DNA from: Candidatus Moraniibacteriota bacterium
GTDB taxonomy: Bacteria; Patescibacteriota; Minisyncoccia; Moranbacterales; GCA-2747515
Assembly (NCBI GenBank): GCA_038208115.1
Contig: JBBQZC010000003.1
Coordinates: 2,984-66,983 of the forward strand
DNA length: 64,000 nucleotides
Reading direction: 5' to 3'
Shown one piece after another: positions 56,170-64,000 of this stretch. Made by a program: the position numbers and the translations under genes. The notes under the pieces were generated by a model, which saw only the letters and a list, made by a program, of their open reading frames with translations, was not told the DNA's origin and searched no databases. The first letter of the stretch is position 1. Every line of letters starts with the position of its first letter.

Positions 56170-59154
56170 ATGGAATTTTTAATAATAAAAACTGTGGCCA
56201 TGAAAAAAATATTTCAAGCAACTGCAATAATTCAAATCATTTTTTTTATAATAAATCCTGTAACAGCATACGCTGTTACAAAAGAAGAGGTGGCTGATCC
56301 TGTGGGATCTTCCATTAAATCTAATGGATCCTCTGCTGTTTCAGGTCAAGTGCGCAAAGGTATAAATAGTTTCCTCGAGGACGATCTCAATATGAATGTA
56401 GAGGAGAGTTTAAAGCCCCTTACAGAGGGCATAAATAGTGTTGATCGCAAAGGAAAAATACCTCGTACAACTATAAGATTTTCTACACCAAACCCAAAAC
56501 CGGGCGATATGCTTACAGCAAGTGCAGAAGTGGAAGGGATCGCAAATGCTGATAAAGCATACTACACATGGTTTTTGAAAAGAAGTAGCGATGAATCATA
56601 TGATCCACCACAGCGTATGCATGAGAATGCCGTAAAAGCACAAGCATCAATCTATTATGATCCAGAAATGCGTGATCAGAGATTTAATCAAGGCATGCCA
56701 ACAGAAGGAGATGAGGATACTTTCGATGCGCCATTGGGTGGTAAAGATACTGGATCAGAAGATAAATACTGTTATATTTATGATACAAAAGACGGAAAAC
56801 AATATGAGATAGTCGGCGGAGATAGTTCTCCCGCAAATTTGGCTTGTGATGAGGGGTACATTCCGCGATGTATGATAGATAATAATGCGTTACAATGTCC
56901 TCTGATAATTGAGCCAATCACGGGAACAACGTCCAGCTCGTCATCAGGTTCAGGCTCAGGCTCGAGTACAAATACTCAAGCAGATACTAGTTCTTCATCA
57001 TCTTCATCTGCAAGTACGACTCTCAGTGGTGGTGGTGGTGCACGTAATCAAGTCCGCACACGCTGTCTCGAAACAGAAGAAACACCATACTGTGATGAAA
57101 ATTCAGGCACACTACAATGTGGGGAATCAGGACAATTATACAGTTATGAAGGTGAAATTACTATATCCACACCTTTTTGTGTACGCGTTATTGATACACG
57201 TTTGTGGTTGGATCCAAATGTGAACGGATGTAATATGGCAACAGATGAAAATGGTGAGTATATTTATCAAGGAGCTGGCTGTTTAAGTGAGCCTAATGCA
57301 GAAAACGTCAAAATACCAGCTAATAAATGTGATATTGCATCACAAGAAGAAACAGTCTGTAGTGAGGATGCAGGTGTATTTAGCAGAGAAGACACAAAAG
57401 ACATGGGTCCTGCTGTTGAAGAGCGATATGGTCTCAATCCAGCAGATGATCGTACTACACCTCTCGCAGATAATGATGGGCAACTTATTGCAGGTGTAAA
57501 TCAACAACAGTTCACGTGGCAGTATGAAGAAGGTGATGAAATCACCGTTGTTGTAGAAGGACAGGGTTCAGAGTCTACAAAACATGAAAATTCATCGTAT
57601 CAAACGGTATTTGCAATGATAGAACCCGGTTGTCAGGAGATTTTGGAAGAAGACTCAGCGTCAAAATCTTCATACGAAGAAGCTGTAAAGGAAAAAGTAG
57701 TTACACACTTAACGGCAATTGTAAATCCTGTGGAGTGTATTTCTCCAAAAATGTACGTCAAGCCAGGCACAAGTGAGTACGACTCTCTCAAGGTAGACGT
57801 GTCACAAGGCTATAATGAGGAAGCATCAGTTGCAAGTGGATTGGGGCAGCCAATGCACGTCACGGCATCAGCAGGGCAGACGCAGGGCGGATCCATATCT
57901 TCTCCAACACATCTGTATTATGATTGGACAGTAACGTGTAATAATGGTAGTGAAGTGATAGATATCACGGATAAATTGGAGGGTCTTTCACAAACGTCAG
58001 GCATGAATATTCCAGCATTGGATTTTGTAGCCGATTTTCCTGATGGAACAGCAGATGAAAATGGTAATCCAACAGAAAACTGTTTTAATCCAACAGACGG
58101 ATCTAGTAAAGTAGAGGTGACAGCAAAAATCAATGAGCCCCGCAAAGGAGGGGGAAGCAATTTTGGCAAATCAACACAGATTTTCACTATATACAATGCA
58201 GTTGAGAGTCAACTGGAGGCATATAAAACAACTGTAAATGCGGATGGCAAATATAGCCCTACAGCCACCTCGATTTGCATAGATGGTATCGACAAAACAT
58301 TTTGTCGCGTTATGAACAACGAGGTGATTGCGCTGAGGGCTAAGGAAAGCAAAGATACAGGAGATTATGCAGAGCCAGGAATGCTATCATGGCAGGTAAA
58401 TGATAAGACATATGTGTGTGATACAAACATATCAGAAGATTGCATAAATAGTGTTGGCACATCAAACACAAATACGGATACGATTCTTGTGCCAATGAAT
58501 GGACGTGATGGAGATTTTATTACAGTTGCTGCTCAAGTCAATGAGGTAGATATTGATAAAAATGAATCAAAACAACTGATGCGTGTATTTCGGGTCACAG
58601 AGCCATCTGTGACAATCGAGCCAGTAACGAATGTTGTAAAAAAGGTGCTAGGCACATATACGAATCTCGATGAAAAAAAATTTCTAGATGAGTCAAATAA
58701 TGTTTTTATTGCACAAAAAGGAAAAGAAATAACACTAAAGGCAATTCTGGAGCCAAGTTTTCTCAATACAGCGAACACAGGACCAAAGTTGACATATGAA
58801 TGGTTGGTAGACGGTCAAATATATGATACGGATAATGAAATCACATTTATTCCTGAAAGTGAAACGACAATAACAGTAAAAGTGGCACAAGCACTTGAAA
58901 ATGTGGACCGCAAAGCATTAAAAGAAGTTTTTAATGCAGGTATGAAAGACACACAGGTGCAATCATATAAAAAGACTGTAGAGATTGAGTTTAGTAAAGA
59001 AGACCTTATTGCGAATTCGGGAGTAACTGGTTTTTTTGCCACTGCATCACATAACGCACCAGAATATTTGATTTTTATCTTGAAGATGACGATGCTTATG
59101 GGTATTATGCTACTCATTCCATCACTCGTGCTCAGCGTAGGAAAAAGTGCATAA
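56170..59154 (+). CDS. Large Cys-rich surface protein with Ig/PKD-like segments and C-terminal TM
   Basis: Signal peptide, many Cys, Ser-rich linker, YxW motifs, terminal hydrophobic anchor. Confidence 0.82.
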   Translation: MEFLIIKTVAMKKIFQATAIIQIIFFIINPVTAYAVTKEEVADPVGSSIKSNGSSAVSGQVRKGINSFLEDDLNMNVEESLKPLTEGINSVDRKGKIPRTTIRFSTPNPKPGDMLTASAEVEGIANADKAYYTWFLKRSSDESYDPPQRMHENAVKAQASIYYDPEMRDQRFNQGMPTEGDEDTFDAPLGGKDTGSEDKYCYIYDTKDGKQYEIVGGDSSPANLACDEGYIPRCMIDNNALQCPLIIEPITGTTSSSSSGSGSGSSTNTQADTSSSSSSSASTTLSGGGGARNQVRTRCLETEETPYCDENSGTLQCGESGQLYSYEGEITISTPFCVRVIDTRLWLDPNVNGCNMATDENGEYIYQGAGCLSEPNAENVKIPANKCDIASQEETVCSEDAGVFSREDTKDMGPAVEERYGLNPADDRTTPLADNDGQLIAGVNQQQFTWQYEEGDEITVVVEGQGSESTKHENSSYQTVFAMIEPGCQEILEEDSASKSSYEEAVKEKVVTHLTAIVNPVECISPKMYVKPGTSEYDSLKVDVSQGYNEEASVASGLGQPMHVTASAGQTQGGSISSPTHLYYDWTVTCNNGSEVIDITDKLEGLSQTSGMNIPALDFVADFPDGTADENGNPTENCFNPTDGSSKVEVTAKINEPRKGGGSNFGKSTQIFTIYNAVESQLEAYKTTVNADGKYSPTATSICIDGIDKTFCRVMNNEVIALRAKESKDTGDYAEPGMLSWQVNDKTYVCDTNISEDCINSVGTSNTNTDTILVPMNGRDGDFITVAAQVNEVDIDKNESKQLMRVFRVTEPSVTIEPVTNVVKKVLGTYTNLDEKKFLDESNNVFIAQKGKEITLKAILEPSFLNTANTGPKLTYEWLVDGQIYDTDNEITFIPESETTITVKVAQALENVDRKALKEVFNAGMKDTQVQSYKKTVEIEFSKEDLIANSGVTGFFATASHNAPEYLIFILKMTMLMGIMLLIPSLVLSVGKSA

Positions 59155-59195
59155 AGTATGATATACTAAGTGGAGAGAATAATAAAAATAAAGTC

Positions 59196-60437
59196 ATGAA
59201 GATGAAGAAAAATCTAAGAGTGTTTATCTTTGCTTTTTTAATATGCATATGTTTTACGATAGCTTCACAAAAGGTTTTTGCTGCTGATGGTTATCAATTA
59301 TTAGAGAGTATGCCAGGCGTAGGTGATGCAAAGAGTGCAGCTCCTCAATTTCCTGTGTATATTTCAAAAATGTATAATTTTTTTGTTGCTTTTGTAATCA
59401 TAGCAGCTCTTCTCATGGTGACTATTGGTGGTTTTTCGTACATTCTTTCAGCGGGAAATCAAGCCCAGGCTGGTACAGCAAAAAAAATAATCACTGATGC
59501 TCTGATAGGTCTTGTAGTAGTATTTATATCATGGCTGGTATTAAACACTATCAACCCTGATTTACTAAATACAAATCCAAATATGAGCTCATTACAATCA
59601 GGAGCTAAAAGTACTGATAAAGCCGGTGACGATACGACGATTAACAATACAAGTACAGTTACGCATGATGGTAAAAATTATGCAACAAATGAGGAATGTA
59701 AAGCTCAAGCAAATATATCAAGTGATTGCACGCCATTGCAAAATTCATATGATAATTCTCAACATTATGTGCAGGATCCCGCAACTGGTAAGTGGCATGA
59801 AGCAACTGATCAGGAGTGTCTCAATAATCCATCAAACTGTAAATTAGGTAGTAATATAATAGCTGATGATTTTAATACACCTAAAACGTCAGGGAGTGTA
59901 GAAAGTGATTTGAGAAATGGTAATATCGTTCGTGCCGATCACAACAATACAAATGGAGATCAGCCAAGTGTGGAAGGATTGCCACCAGTTACGGTAAAGG
60001 CAGCAACGGATTTGATGGCAGAAACTGGATGTACAACTGCAGATACATGTCCAAAAATTGTCGGTGGGACAGAAAAATATGGAGACGGAGCAAATCGTAT
60101 AGATGTAGATGAAAAAGCGACATTAGGTGGTCTTGGTGACTCGGATTTTCTCAATAGTGTACAAGACAATGCAGTCGAAACTGGTACGAGCACCAAAAAA
60201 AACGGAGCAAATACACTAAATATAACAACATATGTATATCCAGAAGGACACGCTCTTGCAGGCCAAAGAGTTGATTGGGTCAAAGAAACTGATGCTAGTG
60301 GCTCTAAGGTCAGAGAATATAACACAATATATGCGACAAAAGAAAACCCACCTGCAAAGCCAGTTACACCAGAGGTGCCTGAGTATAACTATAATGAAAT
60401 AACGCTACAGATAAGAAAACATATAATTAACGTTTAA
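59196..60437 (+). CDS. VirB2/TrbC-like pilin domain fused to a long extracellular extension
   Basis: GGFSYILSAGN...AKKIITDALIGLVVVFISWLVLNTINPDL. Confidence 0.8.
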   Translation: MKMKKNLRVFIFAFLICICFTIASQKVFAADGYQLLESMPGVGDAKSAAPQFPVYISKMYNFFVAFVIIAALLMVTIGGFSYILSAGNQAQAGTAKKIITDALIGLVVVFISWLVLNTINPDLLNTNPNMSSLQSGAKSTDKAGDDTTINNTSTVTHDGKNYATNEECKAQANISSDCTPLQNSYDNSQHYVQDPATGKWHEATDQECLNNPSNCKLGSNIIADDFNTPKTSGSVESDLRNGNIVRADHNNTNGDQPSVEGLPPVTVKAATDLMAETGCTTADTCPKIVGGTEKYGDGANRIDVDEKATLGGLGDSDFLNSVQDNAVETGTSTKKNGANTLNITTYVYPEGHALAGQRVDWVKETDASGSKVREYNTIYATKENPPAKPVTPEVPEYNYNEITLQIRKHIINV

Positions 60438-60439
60438 CT

Positions 60440-61561
60440 ATGATCATCAAAAAAGTCTTTATAATTTCAACTATCTTGCTTCTTGTCATTGTTGTTTTTT
60501 TTGGTATTTATGTTATTGCATTTAAACCAGAAGCTACACAGAAGGTTGTTGAAAATATTGGTAGTAGCGTAGATATTGCTGATGTTGTATCAGAGAAAAT
60601 CACAAATATTACATCAGATTCAGTTGTTTCTGCGGCACTAGGACCAAATAACGATACAATTCAATATGTAGATGCTATAAGTGGACGTGTATGGACAATG
60701 ACACTCCGGGGATCAAATAAGGAGGCGCGGGCTATTGAAGCAAAGGGTGTGCCACTAAGTGTGAAGTGGTCTCAAAAAGGAGATTCAGCCATAATGCAAT
60801 ATGCAGACAAAAGCACCTATGTGAATAATTTTGTAACAAATGGACAAAATCGTTTGCGAGATGGAATGGACGATGTTGTGTGGGCAAATATGGATGGCAA
60901 AATCCTTTATAAATACTATGATGAAAAAAACAAAGAGCGATCTCTTAACATTGCAAATGCAGATGGCACAAATTGGAAAAAAATTGCTGAGCTGCCTTTC
61001 CGAGAAACAATGTTTGCACAGGTGCCACTATCGATATTTGTCGCATATTGGCCAAAAGCACAGTCTAGTGTATCTACAGAGTTATTTACTGCTAACACTA
61101 TTAGTGAGGGAGAAAGTAAAAAAATTTTTAGCGGTGTCTTTGGCGCTGACTTTCTTTTTGCACCAGATGGAAAGACTGTGCTTATTAGTTCTGTTAAGAG
61201 TGATAAAAAGTCTATTTCACTTGCAGTTATGGATAGTAATGGTCAAAATTATAATGACCTCCTCGTTCCAACATTTGTGCAAAAAGTCGTATGGTCAAAA
61301 GATGGAAAATCAATATACTACGCACAACCAACAGAAATACCGACTTCCAGTGTATTGCCAGAAGATTATCAGAATGGAAATTTTACAACCAAAGACACCT
61401 TTTATAAAATGGATATAACGACAGGCAAAAAACAGCGTATAATCGATTTGCCGGAAATAAAAGACAAAATGGACGCATATAATCTATTTTTATCACCAAT
61501 GGAAGATACTCTCTATTTTATTAACAAAGAGGACCATTTGTTATATCGCATTACTATGTAA
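60440..61561 (+). CDS. Membrane-anchored beta-propeller (TolB-like) protein
   Basis: WSQKG, FAPDGK, WSKDGK, LSPME repeats. Confidence 0.8.
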   Translation: MIIKKVFIISTILLLVIVVFFGIYVIAFKPEATQKVVENIGSSVDIADVVSEKITNITSDSVVSAALGPNNDTIQYVDAISGRVWTMTLRGSNKEARAIEAKGVPLSVKWSQKGDSAIMQYADKSTYVNNFVTNGQNRLRDGMDDVVWANMDGKILYKYYDEKNKERSLNIANADGTNWKKIAELPFRETMFAQVPLSIFVAYWPKAQSSVSTELFTANTISEGESKKIFSGVFGADFLFAPDGKTVLISSVKSDKKSISLAVMDSNGQNYNDLLVPTFVQKVVWSKDGKSIYYAQPTEIPTSSVLPEDYQNGNFTTKDTFYKMDITTGKKQRIIDLPEIKDKMDAYNLFLSPMEDTLYFINKEDHLLYRITM

Positions 61562-61614
61562 AAGTAAAAATCATATTAGAACGAGCAGGATACGTCGTAT
61601 GCTCGTTTTTTGTT

Positions 61615-62838
61615 TTAGGATGATTTATTAATACGTTGGACATCATTCAAAATTGATGGAGATGTGAGTGAGAAGATGATCCAAAAAATAACAGAAAGAT
61701 CATTTTTCCAGTATGGTGTATCAAATGTGCCGGTGATAAAAATAGTAATGATTGCAAATGCATAAATGATATATACTCTATTTTTTGACTGTAAATATGA
61801 CAAACTAATTTTGTATAAAAGAAATGATATAAGTATTAAAAAAAATAATAAAGAAAAAAATCCTCCAGAAAAAAGAAGTGTGAGTAATAAATTGTGTGGT
61901 GTTGGCACTGCCCAGTCGAGATATGGTGTGAAATAGGGTTGTGAAGAAAGATAATTTATTTGAAAGCTGTCGATTTCATACCCATATAATGAAGACTTCT
62001 GTAAAAGAAAAAAAGTGGTATCAAAAATTGCTACGCGTGACACAATGGAACTTCGATGAAAATCAGGATTGCTATTCACGATTTTTTGATAACCAATAAG
62101 TCCAAAAATCACAAAAAAAATCATGATACTGCAAACTATTAATGAGCGTCTTTTTATAAAAAATAGTAAGCCAAAAAATGAAGTTACAAGAAATGCACAT
62201 ATGGACGTGAACGATTGTGTGAAAAAAAGTACGGTACAAAGAAGCATAAAAATAACAGTGATAAAGGTCCTTCTCGTAGGATCATTATAAATGAACCATG
62301 AGGTGAGAATAATGGTAAGGATTGGTGTAATAAACATTGCAAGATGATTTGGTGAAAGATAAATGAACGAAAGTCGACCATCGTAAGTGATGACATTAGA
62401 AAGGTAATAAGAAAGTGCAAAAAAAACGAAAAATAAAGAAAAAAAGACAAATGTGTTAATTAAAAATACGTGCGAACGTGGTGAATAATAAAAATGAATG
62501 GATAATAACAATCCTAAAATGGCAGGATAAAAAATCCATTCAAAGAAAACTCCGTAGGCGTGGATGCCGGGATGTAAAAACAGAGATGGTAAGAACGAAC
62601 ATACAAAACCAACAACTATTAGAAATAGTATTTTATTAGATTTCCAGAGTGGAATGATGTGATGATAGTGATAAATTAATAAAATAGCAGAAATAACAAA
62701 AATATAAATTGTAAGTATGCTGATGGAAATACCATAAAATGGTATTCGTATGGAATAGAGTGGAATAATAAAAATAAATATTCCTATCAAATAATCAATA
62801 AAATCGATTCTAGTAATTTTTTTTAAAAACTGAAACAT
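61615..62838 (-). CDS. O-antigen ligase family protein
   Basis: PNHLA, TQS, R..I, PHNLLL; many TMs. Confidence 0.85.
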   Translation of the reverse strand: MFQFLKKITRIDFIDYLIGIFIFIIPLYSIRIPFYGISISILTIYIFVISAILLIYHYHHIIPLWKSNKILFLIVVGFVCSFLPSLFLHPGIHAYGVFFEWIFYPAILGLLLSIHFYYSPRSHVFLINTFVFFSLFFVFFALSYYLSNVITYDGRLSFIYLSPNHLAMFITPILTIILTSWFIYNDPTRRTFITVIFMLLCTVLFFTQSFTSICAFLVTSFFGLLFFIKRRSLIVCSIMIFFVIFGLIGYQKIVNSNPDFHRSSIVSRVAIFDTTFFLLQKSSLYGYEIDSFQINYLSSQPYFTPYLDWAVPTPHNLLLTLLFSGGFFSLLFFLILISFLLYKISLSYLQSKNRVYIIYAFAIITIFITGTFDTPYWKNDLSVIFWIIFSLTSPSILNDVQRINKSS

Positions 62839-62873
62839 TGCGATTAATGAATACAAAAAAATATTATTTAAAA

Positions 62874-64000
62874 TTATATGTGAGATATACACGAAATACA
62901 CATTGATTTCATATGCAAATTTTCATAATGAGCAGCTATTGCGAGAATGAGAAGTAAAATAGGAAGAATATGTACAGAATAAATAGGTGTGTCAAAAATA
63001 GCATGCGTAGAAAATATCACTATACTAATTATAGCAAAATATGAAAAAAGTGAATCTTTATTTCTCAAAAAAATATAAATCGCTATCAAAAATGAGCCAA
63101 AAAAAGTCATAAAACCAAGTAGTCCAAGTTCTGCAAAAATATCTAAATATATATTGTGAGCATAGATGGGAGTGCGATAATCAGCTTGTGGACTTACAAT
63201 AAATGGATATGCGCCCAGTCCCGTGCCTAAAAAAGGATTTTGAGCGATAATTGCTAGTGCTTGTGACCATAGTTCAACACGTTGTGTCACAGATGCATCA
63301 CTAGAGTCAAATGATGATAAAAATCTTTGACTGACAGGATTTTGTGGTATGCATAATATAAATATAAACGTAATACATAATAAAATAATGAAATGTCGAA
63401 TTTTAGTATGAAGACGTGGCCAAAATAAAATCATCGCACATAAGGCTCCTGCAAGTAAGCCAAAATATCCTCCACGTGAGAATGTTAATAAATCAGCTAT
63501 AATAATAAATATTGTCAAAAATAAAAAATGCCATTTATGTGTGTGGTAGTATAAACCTGCTGCAAATGGTGAAATAATACCAAAATAGAAGGAAGCGATG
63601 TGTGGATCAGGGAAGAAGGCAATGCCACGCATAAGATCTACATTACCAACATGAACGAGCCAACTATTATACATTGCTACTGATGATGCAAATGTATTTC
63701 CTAAAAAATATGGAGAAATATGTGACCAAATCATTAGAGTTGAATTGAGCGGGATAATGAATTGCAAAACAAATTGCATAATTGTTATCAAAGAAATGAA
63801 AAAAGATCCATATACAAGTGCTTTGATCATATGAAGAAGAAAATTCTTGTGAGCGTGTAAGAGAGCTGTTAAAACAATAAAAAGAGGAAAAAATGATGAA
63901 AAATATAAAACCTTGCGCAACGTCCAATCTGGAACAGGTGTAAAAAAGAACGAGAAATATATCCACATAAAAAAACAAAACAATAAAGATGCAATCCATC
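62874..64000 (-). CDS. O-antigen ligase family protein, 5'-truncated by window edge
   Basis: FPDPH, TFSRGG, QRVELW, GTGLG, AHNIYLDIFAELG. Confidence 0.88.
   Translation of the reverse strand, partial: WIASLLFCFFMWIYFSFFFTPVPDWTLRKVLYFSSFFPLFIVLTALLHAHKNFLLHMIKALVYGSFFISLITIMQFVLQFIIPLNSTLMIWSHISPYFLGNTFASSVAMYNSWLVHVGNVDLMRGIAFFPDPHIASFYFGIISPFAAGLYYHTHKWHFLFLTIFIIIADLLTFSRGGYFGLLAGALCAMILFWPRLHTKIRHFIILLCITFIFILCIPQNPVSQRFLSSFDSSDASVTQRVELWSQALAIIAQNPFLGTGLGAYPFIVSPQADYRTPIYAHNIYLDIFAELGLLGFMTFFGSFLIAIYIFLRNKDSLFSYFAIISIVIFSTHAIFDTPIYSVHILPILLLILAIAAHYENLHMKSMCISCISHI

Noticed and set aside
56925-57045. TCA/TCT/GGT-rich low-complexity tract as a repeat element
   Set aside because: Encodes an in-frame Ser/Gly linker of the 994-aa surface protein.
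910-63999. Numerous short antisense or alternative-frame ORFs inside large genes
   Set aside because: Shadow ORFs of well-supported genes, with no motifs.

Overview
AT-rich bacterial chromosome segment using the standard code (TGA serves as a stop). The gene set suggests Patescibacteria/CPR, probably Parcubacteria (inference): a PrgI/VirB4/VirB6-type locus, TrmB-family regulator, LDH, class III RNR and mostly SD-less housekeeping genes. It carries ordinary housekeeping genes (tilS, ftsH, hisS, ldh, nrdDG, rbfA, pnp, lspA, comM, rsmA, pcrA, xerC-like, rplS, rluD-like) and 9 tRNAs. It also has a cluster of 7 perfect parS sites (18.5-19.3 kb) and a likely oriC (~47.35-47.66 kb) with no dnaA beside it. 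The standout is 8.8-14.2 kb. A consensus sigma70 promoter (13590-13618, - strand) appears to drive a ~4.75-kb unit ending at a terminator (8811-8840). The unit is an array of modules separated by long AU-rich hairpins with a shared base (CUCUCUA...UAGAGGG). The modules carry eight small ORFs with Shine-Dalgarno (SD) sites, most of them strong. They also carry three identical 82-bp copies, plus covarying variants, of a two-hairpin pseudoknot RNA motif, and several ORF-free structured RNAs. A divergent consensus promoter drives a short SD-rich RNA with a duplicated MMDGV micro-ORF, next to a TrmB-family regulator. I do not recognise this architecture as a described system. All RNA structures were paired by eye and no database searches were run.
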